DNA of 64,000 bases. Origin: Candidatus Dormiibacterota bacterium. GTDB lineage: Bacteria > Chloroflexota > Dormibacteria > Aeolococcales > Aeolococcaceae. Under the pieces are notes generated by a model. It did no database searches, was not told where the DNA came from, and worked only from the letters and a program-made list of their open reading frames with translations. The stretch lies in assembly GCA_963709585.1 (NCBI GenBank), contig CAVPXI010000005.1:32001-96000 (forward strand), read 5' to 3'. The position numbers and the translations under genes were made by a program. Shown in pieces: positions 11,671-22,914 of this stretch. Each line of letters starts with the position of its first letter. The first letter of the stretch is position 1.

Positions 11671-12111
11671 GTGCCAGAGCTCCACACGGCTCACCTCGAC
11701 GAGCTGCCGCCGCGGACCCTGCTGGCGATCCTGGCGGTCCGTCAGGACGTCTTCGTGGTCGAACAGAGCTGCGCGTATGCCGATATCGATGCTCGCGACG
11801 CCGAGGCGCAGACCGTGCATCTGTGGATCGAGGATGACGATGGTCGCGTGGTGAGCACGCTGCGGCTATTGAGCGACGGGGACCGCGGACATCGCATCGG
11901 ACGCGTGGCGACCCTGCCGGCGTTTCGCGGACGCGGGTACTCGGGTGCGCTGCTCAGGCGAGCGATCGAGCTGTCTGGGCCGCCGATCGCGCTGAGCGCT
12001 CAGGCGTATCTGGTCGAGTGGTACGCCCGCTTCGGATTCGAGGTCTCCGGCGAACGCTGGGTCGAGGACGGCATCGAGCACGCGCCGATGCGCCTCGAGG
12101 TCAGTCGGTGA
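11671..12111 (+). CDS. ElaA-family GNAT N-acetyltransferase
   Basis: RQDVFVVEQ, IGRVAT..RGRG, SAQAYL..WYARFGF, EDGIEH. Confidence 0.9.
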   Translation: MPELHTAHLDELPPRTLLAILAVRQDVFVVEQSCAYADIDARDAEAQTVHLWIEDDDGRVVSTLRLLSDGDRGHRIGRVATLPAFRGRGYSGALLRRAIELSGPPIALSAQAYLVEWYARFGFEVSGERWVEDGIEHAPMRLEVSR

Positions 12112-14544
12112 CGATGTTGACGATGCGGTCGACGACCGCGAACACCCTGCGCGGCGCGCGCCCGTCGAGCAACTCCACGACCCGCGGGTGGGCCAGCGCC
12201 AGCGCTGTCAAGGTTTCCTCGGACGTGCCCGCGTCGACCTCGAGCTCACCCCGACGCTTGCCGTTGACGGTGATCGCCACACTCGCCCGCAGCGGAGCGG
12301 CAAGCTCGGCGTCGTAGGCCGGCCACGTGCCGCGCTGGTGGACCGAGCTGTCGTGCCCGGTGCGCTCCCAGAGCTCCTCGGTCACGAACGGCGCGAAGGG
12401 CGCGAGCAGTTTCAACAGGGTCTCGGCATCGATGCGCCGCGCGGTGCCTGCCGAGCACTCGTGGTCGAGGTCGCGCGCGAACTCCATGAGGTACGCGATC
12501 GCCGTGTTGTAGCGAAGCTCGGCGATGTCGTCCTCGACCTGCTTGATCAGGCGGTGGCGCCGCCGCTCCTTCACCTCGTCACCGGCGTCGCCGCCGGTCG
12601 CGAGCTGGGTAGCACGCCACGTCCGGTTGATGAAGCGGGTCATCCCGGCGATGCCCTTGTCGCGGAAGTCGCCACCGAGCGTGTACGGCCCGAGATACAT
12701 CATGAAGAGACGCACGGTGTCCGCGCCGTAGCGCTCGATGTACTCGTCCGGGTTGAGCACGTTGCCCCGGCTCTTCGACATCTTCGCGCCGTCCATGATG
12801 ATCATGCCGTGAGCGCGGAAGCGAGTGTACGGCTCCGCGACCGGGACGAGGCCCATGTCGTGCAGGGCACGCATCACGAAGCGCGCGTAGAGCAGGTGGC
12901 GCACCGCGTGCTCGTTGCCACCGATGTACATGTTGACGGGGAGCCAGGTGTCCGTCCGCTCCTTGTCGAAGGGAACATCGTCGAAGTCGGTGGACGGATA
13001 GCGCAGGTGGTACCACGCGGAGTTCGAGGAACGTGTCGCTGACGTCGGTCTCGCGCCGCGCCGGCTCACCGCACTTTGGGCACGGGACGTTGACCCACTC
13101 CTCCACGGTCGCAAGCGGCGAGAGACCCGTGCCCCGCGGCCGGAAATCCTCGACATCGGGAAGCAGGACCGGGAGATCCTCCTCCGGGACCGCGACCGGG
13201 CCGTCCTTGGGACAGTGGATGATCGGAATCGGCGGGCCCCAGTACCGCTGGCGTGAGATCAGCCAGTCGCGCATCTTGTACTGCACGCTGGGTTGCCCGC
13301 GACGCAGCTCGCCCAGGCGCTCGATGATGCGCCGCTTGCCATCGTCGGATGTCGCGCCGGTGAACTCGCCGCTGTTGACCATCGTGCCCGCGCCGCTGTA
13401 TGCGCCCTCGGCGACATTGCCGCCATTGATGACCTCGACGATCGGCAGCGAGTGCGCACGCGCGAAGGCCCAGTCGCGTGCGTCGTGCCCGGGGACGGCC
13501 ATGATCGCTCCGGTGCCGTACCCGCCGAGCACGTACGGAGCGGCCCAGACCGGAAGATGCGCTCCGGTCAGCGGATGGATGGCGTGCGAACCGAGCTCGA
13601 ATCCGATCGAGAAGTCGGGTTCGGCGGCGGCCGGCGGGAATTTGTTGCGCCACGCGTTGACCTCCCCCATGCGCTCCGGGGCCACGAAGTCCTCGAGCTC
13701 GGGGTGGTCGGCGCCGATCACCAGGAAGGTGGCGCCGAAGAGCGTGTCGGGACGCGTGGTGTACACGCTGATGTCCTTGCGCCGGCATCCTTCGAGATCG
13801 AACAGGATGGTTGCCCCCTCGCTCCGCCCGATCCAGTTGCGCTGCATGGTTTTCGTCGACTCCGACCAGTCGAGCGTGTCGAGCGCATTGAGCAATTCCT
13901 GCGCGTAGCGGGTGATCTTGATCCACCACTGGCGGAGATATCGTGTCTGCACCGGCGTGTGGCAGCGCTCGCAGCGACCCTGCTCCACCTGCTCGTCGGC
14001 GAGCACGGTGAGGCACGACGGACACCAGTTGACCGCCCCTTCGCGCCACTCGATGAGCCCGGCGTTGAAGAGTCGGACGAACAGCCACTGAGTTCCAGCG
14101 GTAGTACGAGGGCTCCGCGGTGTTGACCTGGTGTCCCCAGTCGAACATGGACCCGATTCGGGCGAGCTGGTTCTCCCGGAAGTTGGCGACCGCGCGGCGC
14201 ATAACGACGGCAGGATGCTCGCCGATCTTCATCGCGTAGTTCTCGGAGTGGATGCCGAAGGCGTCGAACCCCATCGGCTCGAACACGGTGTCACCCATCA
14301 GACGCCGCCAGCGGCCGTAGATGTCACCGCCCGCGAACGGGATGATGTGACCGACGTGCAGCCCCTCGGCGGAGGGATACGGGAACATCATCAGGTTGTA
14401 GAAGGGGTGCGCGGGCTCGTCGAGCTCGGTGCGGTAGTCGCCGCGCTCGTCCCAGATCCGCCGCCAGCGTGCCTCGACGGTGGTGTGGTCGTACACGTCG
14501 AGGTGGCCGGGACCGGGCCCGATCGGGGCGGTGACGGTGTCCAT
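12101..14544 (-). CDS. leuS: Leucine--tRNA ligase, with two apparent +1 frameshifts (~14092 and ~13022)
   Basis: MFPYPS..LHVGH, NWIGRSEG, YTTRPDTLFG, DWLISRQRYWG, KMSKSRGN spread over three frames; removing one base at each GAACTC restores YYRWTQWLF and DTFLDSAWY. Confidence 0.95.
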
Positions 14545-14647
14545 GACAGAAAGGGTATCCCGAGTCCGAGCCCAGCCCAAACCGACGCTGGATCTGGACA
14601 GCACCGGTCAGGGCGCTGCGGCGGCCGCGAGTACACTCCGAGCGCTC

Positions 14648-15847
14648 ATGGAACGAGACCCGTCACCGATCGAGATTCGCGACGCGCAGGGTGAGGCCGA
14701 GCTCCGGCGCTTCGCCGAGATCGACGCGGAGTTGTTCGCCGGTCGAGCCGCGAACAACATGCGCTGGCTGGCCGCCGCCGAGCCGCACGCGCCGCTCCGG
14801 CTGGCGCACACCGAAGGCGAGGTGGTCGGTGGGTACATGCTCTTCCCTGCCGGTCAGTTCTTCGGCGGGAGGTCGGTACCGGCGTCGGGAGTCACCGCGG
14901 TTGCGGTGCATCCCGCCTGGCGGCGCCGCGGGGTTGCCGCGGCATTGATGCGCGACTGCGTCGCCCTGGCGCGCGAGCAGGGAGCCGCGCTGGCGCCCCT
15001 GCACGCCGCGACAGTCCGGCTCTACCGGCGCTGGGGTTGGGAGGTCTGCTCTGAGACACTCCGGCAGATCGTGCGCACCCCTGCGCTGACCGGATTCTCC
15101 GGCTCGGGGCGGGTCCGCCCCAACCCCGACCGCGCGGAGGTCGAGGCGATGCGGCGTGCCCATCTCGCGCAGTGGGACGGTCCCCTCGATCGACCCGACT
15201 GGTTCCTCTTCGTGGAGTGGGATCCGGGCGACCCGGAGACGCTCCGCTTCGAGTACGGCTGGTACGAGGTGGACCGGCTCACCGGCTACGTGCGCTACGA
15301 GTTCGAGCGTCAGCCCAACGGCTGGATCCGGCTGCTTGTCTCGGAGTTCATCGTCACAACGCTCGACGCCCTTCGTGGTCTGCTCGGATTCCTCGGCGGG
15401 CAGGAGTTGCTGAGCCGCGATGTCGTGTTCGTGCACTCCGCGCTGGTCGACGCGTCGCCGCTGCTGTGGTTGCTGCCCGAGCCGCACCGCGATATCAAGG
15501 TGGAGGGCTTCCTCTGCTGGATGCAGCGCATCGTCAACATCGATCTGGCGATGACCGCGCGAGGCTGGCCGGGGCGAGCCGCCGGTCGTGCGGAGCTCGA
15601 GGTGACCGACCCGGTGACCGGCGTCGAGCGCGTGGTGCTCGAGGTGGAGAGCGGGTCCGCCCGGGTGACACCCGGCGGAGGAGGAGAGATTCGATGCGGT
15701 GTCGGCGCCCTCTCCGCGTGGTACTCGAGCGCGCTCCGAGCGCAGGATGCCGTCCGGCTGGGCCTGATGGAGGGTGAGCCGTCCGCAATCAGCGCCATGG
15801 ACGGGCTGATCGCCGGGGGCCTTCCCTGGATGCCCGACTTCTTCTGA
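14648..15847 (+). CDS. Eis-family GNAT acetyltransferase with C-terminal SCP2-like domain
   Basis: VAVHPAWRRRGVA acetyl-CoA motif, LYRRWGWE, WMQRIVN, C-terminal PWMPDFF. Confidence 0.85.
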   Translation: MERDPSPIEIRDAQGEAELRRFAEIDAELFAGRAANNMRWLAAAEPHAPLRLAHTEGEVVGGYMLFPAGQFFGGRSVPASGVTAVAVHPAWRRRGVAAALMRDCVALAREQGAALAPLHAATVRLYRRWGWEVCSETLRQIVRTPALTGFSGSGRVRPNPDRAEVEAMRRAHLAQWDGPLDRPDWFLFVEWDPGDPETLRFEYGWYEVDRLTGYVRYEFERQPNGWIRLLVSEFIVTTLDALRGLLGFLGGQELLSRDVVFVHSALVDASPLLWLLPEPHRDIKVEGFLCWMQRIVNIDLAMTARGWPGRAAGRAELEVTDPVTGVERVVLEVESGSARVTPGGGGEIRCGVGALSAWYSSALRAQDAVRLGLMEGEPSAISAMDGLIAGGLPWMPDFF

Positions 15848-15856
15848 GCGACGGCG

Positions 15857-16990
15857 ATGCCTGACGCCACCGTGCCGCGGCTGCGCGTCGCCCGCCTGCG
15901 CTCGCAGCACCTCACCGACGACACGCGTGTGGATGGGGATGTCGCGACGGTTGTGCGCGCGGTGTGCGCGCTTCAGGCGCAGGCGTTCGACGCCGCGCGA
16001 CATCAGGTACGTGTGCGCACCGAGGGACTCACCGCCTCCGCGGTGGATCGCGCATTCGAGCAGGAGCGATCGGTGGTGCGAACGTGGTTGATGCGCGGAA
16101 CGCTGCATCTCTGTGCGGCGGACGACCTGCGCTGGTTGATCGACGTCTTCGGACCCGCCGTCAACCAGTTCGGGGCGAGCCTGCGCATGAATCTCGGCCT
16201 CGACGACGCGACCTGCGCTCGCGGCGTCGCGGTGATACGCAAGGCGCTTGCCGGCGGTCCGATGGCGCGGCGGCAGCTGCGCGAGCGTCTGGTCGGCGCC
16301 GGCGTGCTCGCGGAACCGGTCGGCCAGACGCTGCTGCATCTGATCTACCACGCCGCGGCGCTCGGTATCGTGTGTTCCGGACCGCGCATGGGTCGCGACG
16401 ACAGCTTCGTGCTCCTCGACGACTGGGTGCCGCAGACGACGGGCCCGCGGGGTGCGGCTGCGCTCGCCGAGCTCGCCCGGCGGTATTTCGCCGCCTACGG
16501 GCCCGCGAGCGAAGCGGATTTTTACGCATGGACCGGCCTGCGTTCTGCGGTCATTCGCTCAGCGATGGCGGCCATCGGTTCGGAGTTGGTGGAATTCCCG
16601 GGCTCGATTCGGGGCCTCTGGACGCTCGGACCGGCTGCGGATGCCGAGATCGTCCGGCCCACCGTGCGGCTGCTCGGTCACTTCGACACGTTCCTGCTCG
16701 GCTACCGGCGGCGCGAGCATCTCGGCGGAGCCGACGCTGAGGCATGGATCCACGATGGCGGCGGCGGCTGGATCCGTCCGGTCATCTGCGTCGACGGTTG
16801 GATCGCCGGTGGATGGCGAATGGAACGGCCCTCGGGGCAGATCGAGGTCACGGTCATGCCCTTCGATCGGATCGGCCGCCGCGCCGACCCCGCGATTGGT
16901 CGCGAGGTCGCCGCGATCGGCCGTTTTCTGGAACGGCCGGCGCGCTGGTCCCGCGGGCCCTTGGTAGGCTTCAACTCCGCGCCGACGTAG
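15857..16990 (+). CDS. AlkZ-like (HTH_42) winged-helix DNA glycosylase
   Basis: ALQAQ catalytic QxQ motif, RTWLMRGTLH, RYFAAYGPA, LLGHFDTFLLGY. Confidence 0.85.
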   Translation: MPDATVPRLRVARLRSQHLTDDTRVDGDVATVVRAVCALQAQAFDAARHQVRVRTEGLTASAVDRAFEQERSVVRTWLMRGTLHLCAADDLRWLIDVFGPAVNQFGASLRMNLGLDDATCARGVAVIRKALAGGPMARRQLRERLVGAGVLAEPVGQTLLHLIYHAAALGIVCSGPRMGRDDSFVLLDDWVPQTTGPRGAAALAELARRYFAAYGPASEADFYAWTGLRSAVIRSAMAAIGSELVEFPGSIRGLWTLGPAADAEIVRPTVRLLGHFDTFLLGYRRREHLGGADAEAWIHDGGGGWIRPVICVDGWIAGGWRMERPSGQIEVTVMPFDRIGRRADPAIGREVAAIGRFLERPARWSRGPLVGFNSAPT

Positions 16991-17052
16991 CTCAGTGGTA
17001 GAGCAGCGGTTTCGTAAACCGCTGGCCGGGAGTTCGAATCTCCCCGTCGGCT
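16981..17052 (+). tRNA. tRNA-Thr(CGT)
   Basis: GCCGACG/CGTCGGC acceptor, AGCTCAGTGGTAGAGC D-arm, GCGGT-TTCGTAA-ACCGC anticodon arm, GGGAG-TTCGAAT-CTCCC T-arm. Confidence 0.96.
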
Positions 17053-17110
17053 CACGTATTTTTGGCGTTTGTGACAGGCCTTCCGTTCGGATCCGCCTGA
17101 AACTCGCGGT

Positions 17111-17983
17111 CTACACCCGCCGCGCCGCGACCACGAGCGACGTTCCCATGGGAACCGGAAGATGCCGCCCCCAGCTCCGCTCCGCGCCCATGACCCCGTC
17201 ACCCACGATCTGCGCGGGTCGGGATGCCTGACCCAGTGCCCGGACGTACTGCGCATTTGCGACCTCGGGATGCCGTCGCACCCCAAGGCGCCAGGGAAGC
17301 GAGCGGCCGACGAGCAACAACGGCGTGGCCGCGGCGAAGTGGTGATTGACGTAGGTAGGCCGAAAACCGGTGCGACGCAGGAGCGTTGTCAGGGTGCGTC
17401 GTCGGTAGCGACGGTAGTGTCCTGCCACCACATCGGCCTCGCTCCACAGCAGTGGAAACGCCGGGACCGAAGCCACGAATAGCCCGCCTGGCATGAGGAC
17501 CCGATGAATCTCGCTCATCAGCCGGGACGGGTCCTCGAGATGCTCAAGGACATCAAACGCGCCGACGGCGGGAAGGGACTCGGGTGGCAACTCGAGCTCC
17601 TCGAGGCTGGCACGCACGACATGCCGAATACCGCGTGACGCAGCTCCGAGCGAGCCCGCCTCCCCAGGTTCGACCACGACGGCCGTGATGCCGACGCCCT
17701 CCAGGTAGCGTGACACAACGCCATTGCCAGCTCCGACTTCCCACACTGCCGGCGGCGCACCCGCTCGGCGGATGACATCCGCAATGATCTCGTTGCGCCA
17801 GCGAAACCAGAGACTTCGATCCTCGACGCTGAGCAGCGATCGATGCGCGGTTGCGGAGAATGCAGTCGGGTTGATCTCGCCCCTCCCCATCCAGACGCCG
17901 TCAACAAGAGTGGCATGGTCGGCGATCGACCAGCCAAAATCGTTCCGAAGCCGCGCAAACTCAGGAGCTGTGCTTGACGACAT
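17111..17983 (-). CDS. Class I SAM-dependent methyltransferase (glycan-cluster type)
   Basis: EVGAGNG, FDVLEH, VPAFPLLWSEADVVAGHYRRY. Confidence 0.88.
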   Translation of the reverse strand: MSSSTAPEFARLRNDFGWSIADHATLVDGVWMGRGEINPTAFSATAHRSLLSVEDRSLWFRWRNEIIADVIRRAGAPPAVWEVGAGNGVVSRYLEGVGITAVVVEPGEAGSLGAASRGIRHVVRASLEELELPPESLPAVGAFDVLEHLEDPSRLMSEIHRVLMPGGLFVASVPAFPLLWSEADVVAGHYRRYRRRTLTTLLRRTGFRPTYVNHHFAAATPLLLVGRSLPWRLGVRRHPEVANAQYVRALGQASRPAQIVGDGVMGAERSWGRHLPVPMGTSLVVAARRV

Positions 17984-18070
17984 CGCGAGGGACTCTACGA
18001 CTGCCCGGTCCAACTCGTACTTCGTGGGACCCCGTTCGACGGTCTTCGCACCAGAGGTACTCTCGACCGG

Positions 18071-19024
18071 ATGACTGAGGCATCCCTTCGACTGAGTGTG
18101 GTGATCCCCGTTTACCGCTCCGAGTTCGCACTGCGGATACTTTGCGAACGGATCACCATGTCGCTCGCCGATCTGGATGGCGGCTACGAAATCATCTTCG
18201 TCGACGACCGAAGTCCCGACGGATCATGGAAGCTGATTGCCAAGCTCGCGAAGGAGTTTCCCGCCGTGAAGGCCGTGCGTCTGAGTCGAAACTTTGGTCA
18301 GCACTACGCCATCACGGCAGGACTCGACCTCGCCAACGGCGATTGGGTCGTGGTCATGGATGGTGACCTCCAGGACCGCCCCGAGGAGATTCCGAACCTG
18401 CTCGCGAAGGGTGAGGAAGGCTTTGACATCGTGCTCGCTCAACGTGTCAAACGAGCAGACGCGCTCCGCAAGCGGGCATCCTCGGTCATCTTCTACAAGT
18501 GCTTCTCGCTGCTCTCCGGCTTCTCGATGGATCCCTCCGTCGGAACGTTTCGCATCATGCGGCGCCCGGTCGTCGAAGCGCTCCGCTCGATGCGTGAAAG
18601 TCGCCGTCTCTTCGGAGGCTTCGTTCAGTGGGTGGGCTTCGAGACCGGTTATGTCGAGGTTCAGCATGACCCCCGTGTCGAGGGCAAGTCGTCGTATGGA
18701 TGGCGAAAACTCCTGAAGCTCGCCCTGGACGGGATCGTGGCCTTCTCGAACCGGCCGCTGTACCTCTCGATCGCGATCGGCTTCCTCTTTTCCGTCGCCT
18801 CGGCGGTATATGGTCTCTCCCTTGTGATCGGATTCCTCATCGACCGCAAGATCGGGATATCGGGCTGGCTCAGCACGATGACGGTCACGTCGTTCATCGG
18901 AGGTCTGGTCCTGCTCAACCTCGGCATCGTCGGGATCTACGTCGGCCGCATCTACGACGAGACCAAACGGCGACCGCTGTACGTGATCGACGCCATCCTG
19001 CCCACGAGCGCTGAGCGATCGTAG
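18071..19024 (+). CDS. GT2 polyprenyl-phosphate glycosyltransferase (GtrB/ArnC-like)
   Basis: VVIPVY, VDDRSPD, SRNFGQH, MDGDLQD, two C-terminal TMs, RPLYVI. Confidence 0.92.
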   Translation: MTEASLRLSVVIPVYRSEFALRILCERITMSLADLDGGYEIIFVDDRSPDGSWKLIAKLAKEFPAVKAVRLSRNFGQHYAITAGLDLANGDWVVVMDGDLQDRPEEIPNLLAKGEEGFDIVLAQRVKRADALRKRASSVIFYKCFSLLSGFSMDPSVGTFRIMRRPVVEALRSMRESRRLFGGFVQWVGFETGYVEVQHDPRVEGKSSYGWRKLLKLALDGIVAFSNRPLYLSIAIGFLFSVASAVYGLSLVIGFLIDRKIGISGWLSTMTVTSFIGGLVLLNLGIVGIYVGRIYDETKRRPLYVIDAILPTSAERS

Positions 19025-19026
19025 CG

Positions 19027-20205
19027 ATGCCAGAGTTTTCTCGGGTCGTGACCGACGCTGGAGAGGCGATGTCCATCAAATACAACATGATGGTCTACGA
19101 CCTGCAACGGCAGGGGGTGGACATCCTGGTGATGAGCCTCGGCGAGGCGTTCTTCGACATCCCGCTGCTGCCGATGGACGAGCTGCCCTATCCCGCTGTC
19201 AATCACTACTCCAGCTCGCGGGGGATCCCCGAGCTCAGACAGCGACTCTCCACGTACTTTCACGACGAATATGGCGTTGACTTCGATCCCGACACGGAGA
19301 TCCTGATCACCGCCGGCTCCAAGGCTGCGATCCACATGACGCTCATGTCGATCCTCGACCCCGGCGATGAGGTGCTCTACTCCGAGCCTGGATGGGTGAG
19401 CTATCCCGAACAGATCAAGTTGTGTTACGGCGTTCCGGTCAGCCTCCCCTTCGATCACACGGTGGCCGAATACGAGCGGTACATCACGGAGCGAACCAGG
19501 GCCATCATCGTGACCAGCCCCCACAACCCTCGGGGCCTCGTGCTTTCTGAGGCCGACCTGCGGCAATTGGTGGCGGTGGCGAAGAAGCATGACCTCTGGC
19601 TGTTGAGCGATGAAGCCTACAGCGACTTCCTCCTGGACGGATCCTTCGTCTCTGCGGGGCGCCTGGACCCGGACAAGGACCGGGTCGTGATATTCAACTC
19701 GATGTCGAAGAACTTTGGGATCTCTGGCTGGCGTGTGGGGTACGTCATCGCCAACGAGCAGCTGATCAACAGGGTTCTCAAGGTCAATCAGCACCTCATC
19801 ACATGCCCGGCCACCATTCTCGAGTACTACCTCGCTCGGTACTTCGACACTCTCCTGGAGGTCACGAAACCGCAGATACGCGAGGTGGTGAAACGCCGCG
19901 AGCACCTCGCCGGCTACATGCGCGAGATCGGGCTGTCGGCGCTTCCAGGAGGAGCGACCTTCTACTTCTTCGTCTCTCTTGGTGCGTCGCAACTGCGATC
20001 AGAAGAGTTCGCGACGCGCCTCCTATATGAGCAACACATCAGCGTGGTACCGGGCGTGGGCTACGGGCCGTCGTGCAACTCCTTCATACGCGTCTCCATC
20101 GGAACCGCGAGCCTGGAAGAGAACATGCGCGGACTAGCCGCCATCAGGGCGTTGATCGACGACACTTCATTCTCGCCTCGGGTCTCTGCGTCTGATGGCC
20201 GGTAG
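19027..20205 (+). CDS. PLP-dependent class I/II aminotransferase
   Basis: YSSSRGIPELR, SPHNPRG, SDEAY, NSMSKNFGISGWRVGY. Confidence 0.9.
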   Translation: MPEFSRVVTDAGEAMSIKYNMMVYDLQRQGVDILVMSLGEAFFDIPLLPMDELPYPAVNHYSSSRGIPELRQRLSTYFHDEYGVDFDPDTEILITAGSKAAIHMTLMSILDPGDEVLYSEPGWVSYPEQIKLCYGVPVSLPFDHTVAEYERYITERTRAIIVTSPHNPRGLVLSEADLRQLVAVAKKHDLWLLSDEAYSDFLLDGSFVSAGRLDPDKDRVVIFNSMSKNFGISGWRVGYVIANEQLINRVLKVNQHLITCPATILEYYLARYFDTLLEVTKPQIREVVKRREHLAGYMREIGLSALPGGATFYFFVSLGASQLRSEEFATRLLYEQHISVVPGVGYGPSCNSFIRVSIGTASLEENMRGLAAIRALIDDTSFSPRVSASDGR

Positions 20206-21389
20206 CAGATGGGTGCACGTGCTTGGTGGTGGCGAATGGCAGGTGCCGACCATCAAGCTCGCCAAAGCCTCTGGCTACCGGGTGTTGTGCACCGACATCT
20301 ACTCCGAGCGTCCAGGGTACGCCTACGCGGACGAGCACGTGGTCGTCGACATCGCTGACAACGTGGCAACCCTGGAGATAGCCCAGCGGGCGCGTATCGA
20401 TGGGATCATCTGTGACACGACCGACGTCGGTGTCCCCACTATGGCCTACGTCGCGGAGCAGATGGGCCTCCCTGGAATCGGATATGAGACGGCACTCAAC
20501 TTCACCAACAAGTTCCTCATGCGCGAAATCACCAGCGCCGCGGGGGTACCCAACCCGCCGTTCCGGCTGGTGGGCGACCGGGGAGATGTGGTCGCAGCAG
20601 CCGCCGACATCGGGTTCCCTCTGGTCGTCAAACCCGTGGCCAGCCAGTCGAGTTCGCGGTGTCCACGTCGTGCGCACCGCAGATGCCCTGGAGTCCGCGT
20701 TCGAGGAGGCGTCACACTACGCTCGCAATGGTCAGGTCATTGCAGAAGGCTTCATTGACGGGACCGAGGTTACCGTCGAGGGCTATTGCCTCGAGGGTGA
20801 GCCCCTCATCTCCGGCATCTCGGACAAGGATCACTTTGCGCACAGGCCGGAGGTGGCCAACCGCATCACCTATCCCGCCGATCTGCCTCCGAGCGTCATG
20901 GCCCGGATCAGGGAGGTGAACACCGCAGTCGTCCAGTCACTCGGGCTTCGCACCGGGGTGACGCACGCCGAATACATGGTGGCAGGGGGCGAGGTATATC
21001 TGGTTGAGATCGCCGCGCGCGGCGGTGGCAGCCGGATCCACACGCACATCGCTCCCTACCTCGCCGGCGTCTGCATTCCCCAGCTGTATCTTGACTTCGT
21101 CATGGGCGGGATGCCCACGGCTCGACCTGACGGTGTGGCGCGCGCCGCCAACCTGGCTTTCTTCGCGTTTCCTGCCGGGACGGTGACCGGGATCGATGGC
21201 GTTGCGGAAGCCGCGACGCTGCCAGGGGTCGAAGAACTGCACCTGGAATTCGCGGTCGGGGACAGGCTCGAGCCTCCGGATGACGACCGTTCTCGGCCCG
21301 GCTATGTGGTTGTCTTCGGCGCGAACCGTGCCGAGGTTCTCAGCATCACCGCGGACGTTTTCGAACGGGTCCGGGTGACCATCGCATGA
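20195..21389 (+). CDS. ATP-grasp domain protein (apparent +1 frameshift at ~20653)
   Basis: LGGGEWQ, NKFLMRE, FPLVVKP..SQSSRGV after repair, EGFIDG.EVTVE, HAEY, EIAARGGG. Confidence 0.85.
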
Positions 21390-22171
21390 TCGTCGACTGC
21401 CACACACACATCTACGAAGCCGGACGCGGGGGTCCGTTCGATATTCCTGCCAGCGCCGACGCCCTCGTCCGTGACATGGATGCATGCGGCGTGGACATCT
21501 CAGTGGTGCTGCCGCTGCCCGGCACGGCGACCAATGCATTCGTCCAGGCGCAATGCGCTCGTTTTCCCGACCGCTTGGTCGGCCTCTATACGCCGGAATT
21601 CGAGAACCCGAGCACGACCATCACCAAGATGGAGCAGTTCTTTCAGGAGCACAACCCGCCCGGATTCAAGATTCACCCACGCGTTCAAGGGATCCGCGTC
21701 ACCGACGTGATTGTCCGCGACGTCCTCGCCTGGGCGAGCGAGCGATCGTTGACGGTTCTGTTCGACGTCTTCCCGTACGGCCCCAGCATGGCTGATCCCT
21801 TGCTGCATCCCCTTGCGTATCACACGCTCGCGCAGGAGATGCCGGACCTCACGATGGTCCTGGCTCACGCCGGCGGTTACAAGGTCCTGGAAGCATTCGT
21901 GGTGGCAAAGATCAATCCCCGTGTCCATCTCGATGTGTCCTTCACGCCCATCTACTTCAAGCAGTCATCTGCGGCCGCCGACATCCCGTTTATCTGCGAG
22001 CGCCTCCCCGACGGCCGCGTGCTGTACGGGAGCGACTTTCCCCACGTCCGCCTTGGCGAGGCGCTGGAGAGTGCGCAGCAGTGGGCCGGCTCCTTCACTG
22101 ACGCGAAGAGGGCGTCGCTCTTTGGAGACGCGGCCGCCGCGCTGTTTCGGATTTCGCGGAGGGGCGCGTAA
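21386..22171 (+). CDS. Amidohydrolase_2 family metal-dependent hydrolase
   Basis: IVDCHTH, KIHP, LAHAG, YGSDFP. Confidence 0.88.
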   Translation: MIVDCHTHIYEAGRGGPFDIPASADALVRDMDACGVDISVVLPLPGTATNAFVQAQCARFPDRLVGLYTPEFENPSTTITKMEQFFQEHNPPGFKIHPRVQGIRVTDVIVRDVLAWASERSLTVLFDVFPYGPSMADPLLHPLAYHTLAQEMPDLTMVLAHAGGYKVLEAFVVAKINPRVHLDVSFTPIYFKQSSAAADIPFICERLPDGRVLYGSDFPHVRLGEALESAQQWAGSFTDAKRASLFGDAAAALFRISRRGA

Positions 22172-22206
22172 TTCACGGACACGAATCGCCGAGTCACGAG
22201 GGCGCA

Positions 22207-22890
22207 ATGCTGGACGTGGACGTGGGTGAACTGCGCGAGCGGTACAGGCGGCGGTTCTCGCAGTACGGCTATGACCCCAGGACTCTCGGGTGGAACGCCG
22301 GAAGCCAGCGGGTCCGCTTTGAAGCGGTCCTCGAGGGCCTTCGTGAGGAGGATTACCCTTCCGTTCTCGACGTGGGATGTGGGTTCGGTGATCTGCTCAC
22401 TGTCCTCCGCGCTCGTGGATGGCGGGGACGGTACACCGGCATCGATCTCGTTCCCGAGCTGATCGATGAGGCGCGCCGCCGCCACGCCGACGACGGCGAC
22501 GCTTCCTTCGCATGCTCGGAGATCACGGCGATCGCCAGGGAGCACACATCAGCCATGGCGGTGGCGATCGGGATCTTCAACCACCGTCTGCATCGGGACA
22601 ACATGGAATTCGTGCGCGAGATGATCGCCGTCATGTGGGCATCGAGCACGGAGGTGGTGGTGTGCGATTTCCTCAGTACCACCTCGGAACCGGACCGGCG
22701 CAGAGATGACCTGTTCTACGCGGACCCAGGCGCGCTGCTCGCGGAAGCGCACGTCCACTCCAGGCGAGCGATGCTCCACCACGCGTACATGCCCTTCGAG
22801 TTCCAGGTGAAGATCTGGCACCACGACGAGTTCCGGAAGGACATGCCGGTCTTCGCGCCGTACGACCATGGTGACCCGGTTGCACCGTGA
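22207..22890 (+). CDS. Class I SAM-dependent methyltransferase
   Basis: LGW..SQRVRF, VLDVGCGFGD, YTGIDL, GIFN, HAYMPFEF. Confidence 0.88.
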   Translation: MLDVDVGELRERYRRRFSQYGYDPRTLGWNAGSQRVRFEAVLEGLREEDYPSVLDVGCGFGDLLTVLRARGWRGRYTGIDLVPELIDEARRRHADDGDASFACSEITAIAREHTSAMAVAIGIFNHRLHRDNMEFVREMIAVMWASSTEVVVCDFLSTTSEPDRRRDDLFYADPGALLAEAHVHSRRAMLHHAYMPFEFQVKIWHHDEFRKDMPVFAPYDHGDPVAP

Positions 22891-22914
22891 TCGATGACGC
22901 GCTGGAGCAGAGAA

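Noticed and set aside
12101-14544. leuS (also moaA, modC, the decarboxylase and the ATP-grasp gene) as pseudogenes or programmed frameshifts
   Set aside because: All breaks are the same +1 event at GACTC/GAGTC with no other decay and no slippery heptamer, and the same event hits a tRNA; a systematic sequencing error is more parsimonious
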